Shown here piece after piece: positions 47,956 through 57,702 of a DNA stretch of 64,000 bases. How positions within the stretch are numbered: the stretch's first letter is position 1; each line of letters starts with the position of its first letter. The notes under the pieces were generated by a model, which saw only the letters and a list, made by a program, of their open reading frames with translations, was not told the DNA's origin and ran no database searches. The DNA is from a virus (Duplodnaviria; Caudoviricetes): positions 32,001-96,000 of the IMG/VR virus record IMGVR_UViG_3300028805_000055; one strand, given 5' to 3'. The translations under genes were made by a program, and so were the position numbers.

Positions 47956-48282
47956 TCAGTTATTTACGTAGGTATTTGGATGTTTATGTATTTGGATTTG
48001 TCTCCATGTATTTCCATTTTCTTGTATGAATCTTTTCCATATTTCCATTGTTCTTACGAATTCTATTTCGGTTTGTGTAGACTGATAGAAATTATGTATG
48101 ACATCATTGATGGAGGGTTGGAGTCCGTCTTTGACTCTTATTTCCATCATGAGGTATGTAGCTATTTTAAATGTATGTAATTTACCATTTCTTTTCGCCC
48201 AGGTCATTAATAGTTTAGCAGTTTCTTCTTTATCTGCTGGTACTATTCTTGGCTTTTGTATTGGTGGTAGTTTAGTGTCCAT
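47956..48282 (-). CDS. hypothetical protein
   Basis: Start MDTK. Confidence 0.7.
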   Translation of the reverse strand: MDTKLPPIQKPRIVPADKEETAKLLMTWAKRNGKLHTFKIATYLMMEIRVKDGLQPSINDVIHNFYQSTQTEIEFVRTMEIWKRFIQENGNTWRQIQIHKHPNTYVNN

Positions 48283-48580
48283 ATTGTCTTTCTTTTTGTT
48301 TTTCTTCTTCTTGTACAATATCAAAGAGCAGTTGGTCTATGATTGGTTTTGCTTTTTCCACTGCATCTTTTGAGTGTAGGACTCCGTATTTTCTTACATA
48401 GTTATAAGCCTTATCTTGTTGTTCCAGTGCTTCATCGAGTGTGCATTTTCTATCCAGCATAATTTCGGAAGGTGATTGGAACACCAGTTTCATTAGTATG
48501 GATAGGTTTCTTAGTCTTGTCATAGCTTCTTTAGCTTTTATGACATCGACTTTCTGGTAGTTAGCTGAATTTACTTCCAT
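48272..48580 (-). CDS. hypothetical protein
   Basis: Gene run. Confidence 0.75.
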   Translation of the reverse strand: MEVNSANYQKVDVIKAKEAMTRLRNLSILMKLVFQSPSEIMLDRKCTLDEALEQQDKAYNYVRKYGVLHSKDAVEKAKPIIDQLLFDIVQEEEKQKERQYGH

Positions 48581-48599
48581 ATTGTATAGTATGATATGT

Positions 48600-49232
48600 T
48601 TATGTTTCTTCCAGTGCTGATTCTGCGAATTCCAGGTCAGTCATTTTATGTTCGAGTCGTAGTTGTTGTAGTTGTACGTCTTTTCCAACTGATGTGAACT
48701 TGAACTTGCAGGGTATTTTTTTTCTGAATGCTATTGCGTCCTTACAGGCTTGTCTCTTATCTGCGTATACTGTAGCATCTGTTACTGTTTTATATTCTCC
48801 TCTTACTGTTTTATTGTAGATTAGTTCTAGCAGTTCTAGTTTTTTAGCTTCACGCAGTTGTGCATAGAGTTTATCCATGCCTTGCATGAGCATTTCGGCA
48901 TCTAGTGTTGTTCCGTTGACCCAGATGTCCATATCTGGAGTGAGTAGTACCTTTTCTTTCTTATTGGTGAACGAGTCTGGCACTTCAATATGTTTAATAT
49001 GTTTGACATGTATCATGGGTTGTGCGTCTTCGATTTTGAGACCAGTGATATAGAGTCTATATCCCATTTCTTCTGGTTTCATTTCGATTGCCTCTATTCC
49101 GTCAACGCCAGTGATATATGCTGCATAGTCAAGTATTTCTATTATGTGCAGTAGTATGATATCCCTATCCAGTGAATTATGTCCATTTGGATTTTTATTG
49201 GATATCTTTTCCATTAATGTTTCCTCATTCAT
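48600..49232 (-). CDS. hypothetical protein
   Basis: Ends MTDLEFAESALEET. Confidence 0.8.
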   Translation of the reverse strand: MNEETLMEKISNKNPNGHNSLDRDIILLHIIEILDYAAYITGVDGIEAIEMKPEEMGYRLYITGLKIEDAQPMIHVKHIKHIEVPDSFTNKKEKVLLTPDMDIWVNGTTLDAEMLMQGMDKLYAQLREAKKLELLELIYNKTVRGEYKTVTDATVYADKRQACKDAIAFRKKIPCKFKFTSVGKDVQLQQLRLEHKMTDLEFAESALEET

Positions 49233-49243
49233 ATATTGTTATT

Positions 49244-49528
49244 TTATCTTTGTTTCTTTTTCTCTTCGTTGATGATTCTTTTCCACGCTGTGAAGTATCC
49301 TCTCAGTCTGGGTTCGTTCATGGAGCATATTGCCATTAATACCATGTCGTATGGTGACACTTGGTTACTTATGGCATAGGCTTTATCCCAGGGGTTGATT
49401 CTAATTCTTTCCTCTATCTTGGCTAGAATCTTGTATAGTGTTGTCATTTCCCCTAGTTTCTTGACCTTTATGATGGTATCTTTTTTTCTTTGTCTTACTG
49501 CTTCCTTTAGGGTATTATATTCTGCCAT
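49244..49528 (-). CDS. hypothetical protein
   Basis: Gene run. Confidence 0.75.
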   Translation of the reverse strand: MAEYNTLKEAVRQRKKDTIIKVKKLGEMTTLYKILAKIEERIRINPWDKAYAISNQVSPYDMVLMAICSMNEPRLRGYFTAWKRIINEEKKKQR

Positions 49529-49532
49529 GATG

Positions 49533-49964
49533 TTACGTTGTTCTCACCCATTGGAGTTTATCCTCTATGGGCATATGTAGCATATCCTCAGCACGTTTAA
49601 CGCATTCTTCCAGTGTTGTAGCATAGATAACGAGGTATGCTGATTTCTTCTGTAATTTTTTTGACTTAATGACGCTTGTTCTATTCTTATCGACCTGTAT
49701 GCCTCTTCTTTGGAATACTGGTCTTGGGTCATCGAAGTAGAGGTTATAGAGTCTTGCCTTGGAGCTGGATGTCTGTCTTGCTTGTTCCAGTCCCTTAGCA
49801 TGGAACTCATACTTGGAGAAGAAGCAATGCCATCTTTCGAGAGATACAACCACAGCGTACACGCTATCGTCATATTTCAGCTCATAGAATTTCCTTGGAG
49901 CGTTCTGTGCAAGGATTTCGTCAATGTGTTCAAGGTCGCATGATGCGAATTCGATATCAGTCAT
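49533..49964 (-). CDS. hypothetical protein
   Basis: Begins MTDIEFASCDLE. Confidence 0.75.
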   Translation of the reverse strand: MTDIEFASCDLEHIDEILAQNAPRKFYELKYDDSVYAVVVSLERWHCFFSKYEFHAKGLEQARQTSSSKARLYNLYFDDPRPVFQRRGIQVDKNRTSVIKSKKLQKKSAYLVIYATTLEECVKRAEDMLHMPIEDKLQWVRTT

Positions 49965-50439
49965 AATTGTCTGGTTTATCTGTTAATCTTATTCTTCCTA
50001 CAATTTGTAGTTTATCTGTTACAATCTCCCCGTAGTCGTTCCTATAGTAGGTTGCTCCTGCTGGGATGATGCAATGCACCAGTATTGGGTATCTCTGTAC
50101 CATTCTATCGTACCAGAAATACATTGGGCTGGCATAGTTGATTAGTCTGGCAATGAATGCCTTTCCGTCCACTGTGCTTTGTTCGAATTCAACGTCCCAG
50201 TCGAAGCAGTGTATTCCCTTGTCTATGGTACAGTGTTGTAAGTTATCGGAGTGCATGCGGATATTCTTAACCTCTATGTCAGAGGTATAGGTTTCTCCGA
50301 ACTCATACTTCTTTATATCCTTATGTCTTACATAGTAGGGGCAATAATACTCATGAGAGGGATTATACGCTATAACTTTCTTACAGTGTATATCATCCTC
50401 TGCTACTTGTTTTGACAAGAGTTTTCCGTACCAACACAT
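49957..50439 (-). CDS. MCW-family paralogue 1 (putative ADP-ribosyltransferase fold)
   Basis: MCW.GK, GIHCF, IIPAGATYY.N..GEIVTDKL. Confidence 0.6.
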   Translation of the reverse strand: MCWYGKLLSKQVAEDDIHCKKVIAYNPSHEYYCPYYVRHKDIKKYEFGETYTSDIEVKNIRMHSDNLQHCTIDKGIHCFDWDVEFEQSTVDGKAFIARLINYASPMYFWYDRMVQRYPILVHCIIPAGATYYRNDYGEIVTDKLQIVGRIRLTDKPDNYD

Positions 50440-50440
50440 A

Positions 50441-50944
50441 TTACTCCTGTGTATTATAGGGTTTTAAATCTCTGAATGGTTTAAAATCGAAATAGGGTAC
50501 ATCCAGTCTATGAAGGATTTTAAGCCCCTCTGAGACTATTTCACCATGTTCATTCTCATAGTATACCGTACCCTTTGGGATAACGCCTCTAAAGACCGCC
50601 ACGATTCTGTTATCAGTATCACCCCTAAATGACTCGTAGTACCCTCTGAAGTGTCGTTTCGTGTCTACGATGATATATTTATCGTTGATATATTTATCGT
50701 TGTAGGCATTTTTCATCTTCACCGTACAAGAGCCGCTATAGCAATGCAGTCCTGCCTCTATTCTGATTTCGTCGTCCATACCAATTTCGGGTTTAATATC
50801 CTTGGTATAGAGCATATTCTCAATGTATGGCATATCCCTATATGGAGATAATAGGTCATTGCCATTAATGAGGATAACCTTATAGACTGGCATGTCTCCT
50901 GCTGTTGCAATATGTTTATCAGTTATCTTTCCTGTCCAACACAT
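50441..50944 (-). CDS. MCW-family paralogue 2
   Basis: GLHCYS, IPKGTVYYENEHGEIVSE. Confidence 0.6.
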   Translation of the reverse strand: MCWTGKITDKHIATAGDMPVYKVILINGNDLLSPYRDMPYIENMLYTKDIKPEIGMDDEIRIEAGLHCYSGSCTVKMKNAYNDKYINDKYIIVDTKRHFRGYYESFRGDTDNRIVAVFRGVIPKGTVYYENEHGEIVSEGLKILHRLDVPYFDFKPFRDLKPYNTQE

Positions 50945-50948
50945 AGTC

Positions 50949-51239
50949 TTAACTGTATTTCACTTTAATACAAGGTATTTTTGGTATAGGGCATGTTTGT
51001 ACCCTCATAAGGTTATTTACACGCTCCACAAACTCAGCATCGCTCATACAGAAATTCAGATTACAGATAAGTTTCCTAAGTGCAAAGTCCTGTGCTGCTC
51101 CATTTTCAACGCTATGCCATCCACAGAGTTTGATATATGTGCATTCATATCCTGCAAATACAAAGTAGAGTTTGGGCATGATTCCGAGTCTCTTAGCTCT
51201 TACAACTACCTGTTTATCCTTATCATTTAGAACTAGCAT
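50949..51239 (-). CDS. hypothetical protein
   Basis: Gene run. Confidence 0.7.
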   Translation of the reverse strand: MLVLNDKDKQVVVRAKRLGIMPKLYFVFAGYECTYIKLCGWHSVENGAAQDFALRKLICNLNFCMSDAEFVERVNNLMRVQTCPIPKIPCIKVKYS

Positions 51240-51559
51240 AGTACTGCTGTGGCTATTGCCTCCAGAGTTTCATCGTCAGCTTCTGTTGCCCAGATGTTGA
51301 CCCAGGTATCGTAGGTGTTCTTGGTGTTGATTCTCACATGGTTAGGTGATGCATCCATGAAGTCCTTGTCGTCACTTGTGAGGCTGACGTAGACCAGTTC
51401 CACAGAACCCATATCCTCGTTAATCTGTAGGCGTTTGGTATACACTTTGGTTTCCATCGGGTCAACGCCCATGATGTCTGCCTTTTCAGTCACCTTCCCT
51501 CTCTTCATGAGGGCATCATAGATAAGTTTAATAACTTGTTTCTTGTCTAATGTCTTCAT
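51233..51559 (-). CDS. hypothetical protein
   Basis: Gene run. Confidence 0.75.
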   Translation of the reverse strand: MKTLDKKQVIKLIYDALMKRGKVTEKADIMGVDPMETKVYTKRLQINEDMGSVELVYVSLTSDDKDFMDASPNHVRINTKNTYDTWVNIWATEADDETLEAIATAVLC

Positions 51560-51570
51560 ATGTTATAATG

Positions 51571-52059
51571 TTATAATTTATTATCGATTTCTTTTACAAT
51601 TAATTTCTCTGATACAATCTCACCACTATCGTTCTCATAATAGGTCGTACCCTTTGGTATGATGGCTTTCATAAGCACAGGATAGTGATACATATCGGCT
51701 GGGAAGCAGATTGTATTTCTGGCTTGGACTGCGAGGTTTTTGATTTCACTGTATAGGTAAACAGTGATTAGACTTGTTTCTCCTTGGAAGTTTTCACGTT
51801 TCGAAAACCTGCACTTACTTGGGCTATAGCAATGTAGTCCTGCATTTATCGTTATATATGATTGACCAGATGGTGGAAAAGCATGAAGAGGGTTTATTTT
51901 GGTTACGTAACCAATACCAATTCCATACTTCATGAACTGGTATGGTGATACAAAGGAGGGATTATCAAACAATTCCTTTCTTTCTTTAAGGAGTATCTTG
52001 CGAACCTCGATGTTTTCCTTTGCTACGTGTTTATGTTCTACTTTTCCTATCCAACACAT
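51571..52059 (-). CDS. MCW-family paralogue 3
   Basis: GLHCYS, IIPKGTTYYENDSGEIVSEKL. Confidence 0.6.
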   Translation of the reverse strand: MCWIGKVEHKHVAKENIEVRKILLKERKELFDNPSFVSPYQFMKYGIGIGYVTKINPLHAFPPSGQSYITINAGLHCYSPSKCRFSKRENFQGETSLITVYLYSEIKNLAVQARNTICFPADMYHYPVLMKAIIPKGTTYYENDSGEIVSEKLIVKEIDNKL

Positions 52060-52061
52060 GG

Positions 52062-52544
52062 TTATAATATCTTATTTGTAATGATTAATTTATCTGATAC
52101 AATCTCTCCCTTGCTATTTTCGTAGTAGGTTGTACCCTTCGGTATGATGGCTTTCACCATGACTGGCATTCTACGCAAACTGTATATAATACGTTCAGAG
52201 TATGTGTGTGTGTTACCGAATAGCTTACTTTGATAGTTGTAATTCTTAGGGTACACTATGAGGTAGTTTGTCTGGAGGGCCTTTGGTATTGGTTTACGCA
52301 TCTTACACTTCCTGGAATACGAATGCAGCCCGATGTCTATGCGTATGGGTTCTTCTTTCGATTCGTCAACGATGTCATCCCTTACCACTATGGCATGTTT
52401 TTTTTCTTCATTGGCGGTATAGACCTCATATCTATATGGTGACAAGAATCTATCAACGTCCTTATCACACATCATCAAGACCTTTTGAACTTCAATATTA
52501 GTCTTGGCAACTTTCTTATCACTTCGCTTTCCGTACCAACACAT
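52062..52544 (-). CDS. MCW-family paralogue 4
   Basis: GLHSYS, IIPKGTTYYENSKGEIVSDKL; first gene after promoter 52562. Confidence 0.6.
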   Translation of the reverse strand: MCWYGKRSDKKVAKTNIEVQKVLMMCDKDVDRFLSPYRYEVYTANEEKKHAIVVRDDIVDESKEEPIRIDIGLHSYSRKCKMRKPIPKALQTNYLIVYPKNYNYQSKLFGNTHTYSERIIYSLRRMPVMVKAIIPKGTTYYENSKGEIVSDKLIITNKIL

Positions 52545-52621
52545 AGTATACAATATTTTGCTGCAAAGATAACTAAAAAATCTGAGATAACCAAATTATT
52601 TAATTATCTTTAACTCTTTTT

Positions 52622-53056
52622 TTAATGCAGCCATTGAGCCTCCCTAACCTGTCTATCAATCTTATAGTCTGGTATCTTAGAGATTACACTCTGTATTTGC
52701 TTTGTGTCAATGTTAATTAATGCCATCACTGGTACTTTGAACAGCATACATTTATTTAATATCCTTATGTCATCTTTTGTTAGCCCATCAACTGTTTCTC
52801 CATCCAGACTATAGCCGAATCCTATCTTAAGCATCTTCACGAAGTTATCGCTTGCTTCTTCCACGAAGCCAAGTGTTAATCCATATGAGACATACCCAAG
52901 TTTGGCATTTCCTATAATGTTTGCCAGTTTGAGGAAATATTTCATTCTCACATATTCTTTGAGGTCTCCTTTTCTTTTCAACCTTCTTAGAATGTCCTTA
53001 GTCCTTATCTTCTCGCCATATTTATAGCTTGGCTTTTGGTTTGTTTGCTTTCTCAT
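52622..53056 (-). CDS. hypothetical protein
   Basis: Start MRKQ. Confidence 0.7.
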   Translation of the reverse strand: MRKQTNQKPSYKYGEKIRTKDILRRLKRKGDLKEYVRMKYFLKLANIIGNAKLGYVSYGLTLGFVEEASDNFVKMLKIGFGYSLDGETVDGLTKDDIRILNKCMLFKVPVMALINIDTKQIQSVISKIPDYKIDRQVREAQWLH

Positions 53057-53402
53057 TCTTCTTTTTCTTCTTCTTGTTAATGTCGATGCCATGTTTAAGG
53101 AGACCCAATATCCTGTTAAGGTCTGTGAACTCCCAGTCGAATTCATCCATGAGGTCATGTGCAAATGACTTTAGGACGAACTCTGGTGTATGGTCTTCCT
53201 GTATGTTATTGGGCTGGAATGTCAGCAGGACGAACTTGCTCTTAACGAAGTCGTAATAGCCTCGTATAAGCATCTTGCCTGCATACTTATAGACACAGAA
53301 CAATCTGTCACCATCTGGTGACGAGCCAACTATACCAATCTTGAATTTTGGTTTAGGCTGGGGTTTATGCTGTTCTTGTTTCTTATCTGTCGGTGTCTTC
53401 AT
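53022..53402 (-). CDS. hypothetical protein
   Basis: Probable start MKTP. Confidence 0.7.
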   Translation of the reverse strand: MKTPTDKKQEQHKPQPKPKFKIGIVGSSPDGDRLFCVYKYAGKMLIRGYYDFVKSKFVLLTFQPNNIQEDHTPEFVLKSFAHDLMDEFDWEFTDLNRILGLLKHGIDINKKKKKKNEKANKPKAKL

Positions 53403-53474
53403 CGTCTCCGATGAGGTCTCTTGGATTCCAGTTTCTCCATCCATCATTGTAGTCTTCTTCGTCATCTATAACCA

Positions 53475-53717
53475 TTATTCTCCTTTCATATAGTTTTTAA
53501 AGTCCTTTTCCCAATGACCAAAGCAGACAACGCCATCCTTGTCTGTATTGACATATTCTATCCAATTATTTTTAAACCACTCGCAAGCCTTCTCAATAAA
53601 GGCATCAGTTCTAGTGTACTCAACACTATCTTGGTTTGCTCTTCTTTTCAACCAAGGTCTAATAAACTCTCTACCACTAATATCGGGGTGTAGAAAAATC
53701 TTCTCTGGTGCTTCCAT
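53475..53717 (-). CDS. hypothetical protein (APEKI...DAFIEKACEW family)
   Basis: AT-rich block. Confidence 0.75.
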   Translation of the reverse strand: MEAPEKIFLHPDISGREFIRPWLKRRANQDSVEYTRTDAFIEKACEWFKNNWIEYVNTDKDGVVCFGHWEKDFKNYMKGE

Positions 53718-53729
53718 ATTTGTATAGCT

Positions 53730-54248
53730 TTATACATTATACATTCCTTCTGGGGCTTCAAGAGCAAGCCCTTTTTCGATTAATCCTCTATAATCAAAGT
53801 GATGTTTGTTAAGCCAATCAAAGATTTTGATTGATGAAATTATCTCATCATACCAAATCATTCTTATCTCAGTACTACAAAAACCATCATCAACTACAAC
53901 TTCTATATATTCGTCAGTTATTTTTATTGATAAAATATCTTTAATATCATGTAAAATAGCAATCTCCTTTGCCTCTTCCTCTGTCATAGAAGACATTGGA
54001 CGGAGAAAAGGTTTAATAAAATCAACACACCCAGTGTAATGTCTTTTGTTAAAGAAACCGAAGTCATCGCCATCAACGCCAACACTAGTATAGGTTTCTT
54101 CCATCAAAAACACATCGCTAGATGCTTTTCCATATAGTGTCATTATTGTTGGCTCTTTAAATGTCGTATTATATACTTTCACCCCACACTGCAACCTTGC
54201 ACAGAGGTCTTTGAGTAGTAATTCTTTATCTTCTTTTTTCATAATCAC
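53730..54248 (-). CDS. hypothetical protein (EDKELLLKDL family), paralogue of 60929-61315
   Basis: LRPMSSMTEEE...HHFDYRGLIEKGLALEAPEGMY. Confidence 0.85.
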   Translation of the reverse strand: MIMKKEDKELLLKDLCARLQCGVKVYNTTFKEPTIMTLYGKASSDVFLMEETYTSVGVDGDDFGFFNKRHYTGCVDFIKPFLRPMSSMTEEEAKEIAILHDIKDILSIKITDEYIEVVVDDGFCSTEIRMIWYDEIISSIKIFDWLNKHHFDYRGLIEKGLALEAPEGMYNV

Positions 54249-54409
54249 AATAAATTTAATTAGTGTAATTTAATAAGGAGGTAATCTGTCAAAGCCTCCA
54301 TATTTTAACTCTTCTCTTGCGCCAATACATATGACAACAAAAAATAATATACTTAGACTAATAGCACCGATGCCTATAATCGCATCTTCTGTAAAATATT
54401 CAAACATAT

Positions 54410-54805
54410 TTATAATAATTTTTGTTCGTGTAATTTAATAATCATAGCCACACAAGCATCAACAGGATTGTCTGCTGACACTGTAAAATCTTCACTGTGA
54501 CTATCATCTTCGTACTCGCACCACCAATTATCAATATATTCAATTGGCTCTATTCTCCAACCTCCTCTTGACAAAGTTGTTGATTCTTTTTCGTTATTAG
54601 GTAAAATGCTGTACAACGCTGCAAGACTCCAACAAGGAATTGTCTTAATCCCTAGCATAATTTCAGCAATCTGCATATCGGCCAAATTTCCAAATGCCTC
54701 CTTGTAGTTGTCTCCTATTCCCTTCTCAAAATACATATCCGCACTTTCAAGAGGAAGGAACTCTGCCAACTTCTTGCTTTGTTCTAAATCGGTGAATGCT
54801 TTCAT
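54410..54805 (-). CDS. hypothetical protein (EQS..L...ADMY...WSL.AL family)
   Basis: Paralogous to next gene. Confidence 0.8.
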   Translation of the reverse strand: MKAFTDLEQSKKLAEFLPLESADMYFEKGIGDNYKEAFGNLADMQIAEIMLGIKTIPCWSLAALYSILPNNEKESTTLSRGGWRIEPIEYIDNWWCEYEDDSHSEDFTVSADNPVDACVAMIIKLHEQKLL

Positions 54806-55125
54806 AATTTCTTATTTTCTAGTAACCAACAAACCATTTCAAATGCAGCATCAATTGGCTCACAGGCTTTATCTATTGAATGATTAGTAGTTTCTATTTT
54901 ATATTCAATTGTTCGTTTAAATATATTAAAATTTGGCATTAATTTTAATAATGCTACAAGACTCCAGGCTGGACTACAATTAGGTGCAGTCATAGGCTGA
55001 GATATACAGTACCTACATTCATTGCTACCAAAATAAGGTACATTATACATATCCGCAGTATTAACATCCAATCCTAGCTCTATCAATCTCTCGGACTGTT
55101 CTATTGATGTACAAATATTTGTCAT
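54802..55125 (-). CDS. hypothetical protein (same family)
   Basis: Start MTNIC; ADMY, PAWSLVAL. Confidence 0.8.
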   Translation of the reverse strand: MTNICTSIEQSERLIELGLDVNTADMYNVPYFGSNECRYCISQPMTAPNCSPAWSLVALLKLMPNFNIFKRTIEYKIETTNHSIDKACEPIDAAFEMVCWLLENKKL

Positions 55126-55136
55126 AGTGAATTGTA

Positions 55137-55601
55137 TTACATTTCTATTAAATTGCCAAGCCACACCTCACATAATTCACTTTGGTACATGGCATGTCCT
55201 ATCGGATTCTCGCCAATACCATCTGAAATACAGCCTTCTAGGAAATCAACGACGGCTTCCTTAAGTGTTATTTTCCTTACATCGCTTGAGTAGTAGGGAT
55301 GGTTTACTACAATGGTGCTGAATGGCTTCTCACTAACCAGTGTAACCATGTAGTTGCCCTTGTCATAGACAACTTCCATAAGTATATCCTTGTTATTGAA
55401 TCCACCCATTTTCTTGTCATAGTCAGTATCCCTCCAGGCATCTATCCAGTCATATTGACCATCCAGTCTATCAATGTCTATTGGCAATATGGAGTTGAAG
55501 TCAAGCTCATCCATATTGACATCGTATGTTGAATATGAATTCTTTATGATTGGTCTGGGTAGCATAACGACCAATGGTATTCTAAATTTCAGTATGTCCA
55601 T
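55137..55601 (-). CDS. hypothetical protein
   Basis: G..SDG.GE motif. Confidence 0.8.
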   Translation of the reverse strand: MDILKFRIPLVVMLPRPIIKNSYSTYDVNMDELDFNSILPIDIDRLDGQYDWIDAWRDTDYDKKMGGFNNKDILMEVVYDKGNYMVTLVSEKPFSTIVVNHPYYSSDVRKITLKEAVVDFLEGCISDGIGENPIGHAMYQSELCEVWLGNLIEM

Positions 55602-55693
55602 ATATCAATTAATTTAAATCCAATCCTGGTGGTGCGCCATCCTTGAGTGGTGTTGTCACCTCGCTTGGGTCTAAGAATCTTTGTAATCATATA

Positions 55694-56002
55694 TTAGAAA
55701 ATTACATTTTCGTTTCTTTCTTGTATCCTTTGAAGGTTGGCTTCATAAATCGAAAGCACCATATCTGGTATTGTTTTATCTGGGTTTGTCAAACGATATG
55801 AATCTGCCCAATAAGACTTAAGTGATGAAGCATACTGCGACAAATGACACCACCCACCGTCTTGACATCTGACAAGTGCAAGCGTCAATGTTCTGAAAGC
55901 CTTGAAGTATTTATAGCCAGCTTTCTTGCATTGTTTATATGCTAACTGGTAGAACACCCTGTCACTTTGGTTTTCTATGAGGTCAAATACAGTATTATTC
56001 AT
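55694..56002 (-). CDS. hypothetical protein (possibly leaderless)
   Basis: ATG immediately after promoter 56005. Confidence 0.65.
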   Translation of the reverse strand: MNNTVFDLIENQSDRVFYQLAYKQCKKAGYKYFKAFRTLTLALVRCQDGGWCHLSQYASSLKSYWADSYRLTNPDKTIPDMVLSIYEANLQRIQERNENVIF

Positions 56003-56062
56003 ATGGCAAAGATATATAAAAAAAATGAGGATAACAAGTATTATCCTCACTTTTAACGTTTT

Positions 56063-56488
56063 TTATCTGTTGCACCACTTGTCATACTTCTCAGAGTAGT
56101 TGCAACGTCCACTACCTTTCAGCTCCCAAGGAACAACAATATCCTTGCCACTTGGCTTGATGCGTTTGTTCTTGCTAGCCTTTCCGAATCCAAGCTTGCA
56201 GCCCCATCTGTCACCAGGAAATGCGTCGTTGACGTAGACACCCTCATTCTTATTGATGAAGGGGATAAGCAGGGCGTAGCCTGCATTCATCTTATCACAG
56301 AGGGTAGGACCTTCCCTACCAGTGAAATACTTGAACCAGATGTCGTTGACAGCATCCTTAATTTTCTCTGGAGTCCAGATGTCAGCATCAAACAGCAACT
56401 GTCCTGGGCTTGACTGCCACTCATCACCATTGGAGAAACGCCATCCAGCGTCACCTCCACACGTTACGATAAACGAAATAAATTTCAT
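56063..56488 (-). CDS. hypothetical protein
   Basis: Strong codon bias. Confidence 0.8.
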   Translation of the reverse strand: MKFISFIVTCGGDAGWRFSNGDEWQSSPGQLLFDADIWTPEKIKDAVNDIWFKYFTGREGPTLCDKMNAGYALLIPFINKNEGVYVNDAFPGDRWGCKLGFGKASKNKRIKPSGKDIVVPWELKGSGRCNYSEKYDKWCNR

Positions 56489-56514
56489 GTTGTTTTAATT
56501 ATTTTATGTTTGTG

Positions 56515-57000
56515 CTATTTCTTATATACTTTTAAATCCTTGAAACGTCTATCATCACTCCATGTTGCATATTCTGCCTTCATTCTGCATACGAGAGTCA
56601 GTTTTTCGGTTACAATCTCTCCACGTGAATTGATGTAGTAGATTGTTACCTTCGGGATTATGCATCTTACTATGATAGGTATGATGGCATCACCGAAACG
56701 ACCATACCTAGTACCTCCAATGACCGTAATATCTCCATCATTACTCACAACGATTTGATTATCCTCGCTGTAGCAATGCAGACCTATGCCTATTGAACAG
56801 CTATCATTTTTATAATCGTACTGTGGTCTAACGGCAAAATTAGGTTCATATGTTTCACCAATCTCGTATTTCACACGACGCACAGGAGAGAATAAACCGT
56901 CGAAATGGTCTCCATGACTATATCTCTTTTCTAGTATCTTATAGACAGTGACATCCTCTAAGGCACATCTTCTGTCTTTCATATATCCAACCCAACACAT
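56515..57000 (-). CDS. MCW-family paralogue 5
   Basis: GLHCYS, IIPKVTIYYINSRGEIVTEKL. Confidence 0.6.
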   Translation of the reverse strand: MCWVGYMKDRRCALEDVTVYKILEKRYSHGDHFDGLFSPVRRVKYEIGETYEPNFAVRPQYDYKNDSCSIGIGLHCYSEDNQIVVSNDGDITVIGGTRYGRFGDAIIPIIVRCIIPKVTIYYINSRGEIVTEKLTLVCRMKAEYATWSDDRRFKDLKVYKK

Positions 57001-57003
57001 AGT

Positions 57004-57537
57004 TTATTCCAATGCTTCGTTTGCAAATTCCTCATCAGTCTTTACGGAAGAGTGTGCAGGGAGTCCTAATCTCTCTGCTGGTGTCTCGTGTCTTGGAGGT
57101 AGTTCTGTGAAGAGTTCAATAATTTTCTGGAACACCTCAGCAACGTCCATAATGTCGGTATCTATTCCGTAGGACTCTCTTGGTATTGCTACAGTCTTGG
57201 TGGTTACGTGACCGTCGTTGACAGTGACCCAGATTTGTTCTGTGGGCTTGTCATCTAGTCCGTTAAAGTGGTAGATACATCTTACCTTCTCAACTGTAAC
57301 ATATTGCCAGCAGTGCTTACCTTCCTTGACATAGCAATTGACCTTATCACCGATATAGACAATGTTGTTGCCCACTAGTCTTACCATAGTGGCATATATA
57401 TTATCCCACGTATTACGTTTATCTTGCATATTGATAGAAATCTCTTGCTTAATATCCATGAACAGCATAATGGCATTAAGGAGCAGGTTTCTTACTCCGT
57501 TGCACAGTTTGCTACCCAGGGAAATGAAGATGTTCAT
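57004..57537 (-). CDS. hypothetical protein
   Basis: Ends TDEEFANEALE. Confidence 0.75.
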   Translation of the reverse strand: MNIFISLGSKLCNGVRNLLLNAIMLFMDIKQEISINMQDKRNTWDNIYATMVRLVGNNIVYIGDKVNCYVKEGKHCWQYVTVEKVRCIYHFNGLDDKPTEQIWVTVNDGHVTTKTVAIPRESYGIDTDIMDVAEVFQKIIELFTELPPRHETPAERLGLPAHSSVKTDEEFANEALE

Positions 57538-57569
57538 TACATTGCTATCATTAATAATTGGAAAAAATA

Positions 57570-57695
57570 GGGTTGTCAGATAGGGATTACGGCCCCTGCT
57601 TTCGTATTTGTATCCTACCGTGTCTGTCTTGTGACAGGGAATGCGGCTCTACTTGCTTTTGGGTTTTTGGTTCTACCGTTACTGTCTGACACCCT
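57570..57695 (-). ncRNA. candidate structured RNA
   Basis: AGGGTGTCAGACAG/CTATCTGACAACCCT closing stem followed by U-tract. Confidence 0.5.
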
Positions 57696-57702
57696 TGTTC
57701 GT

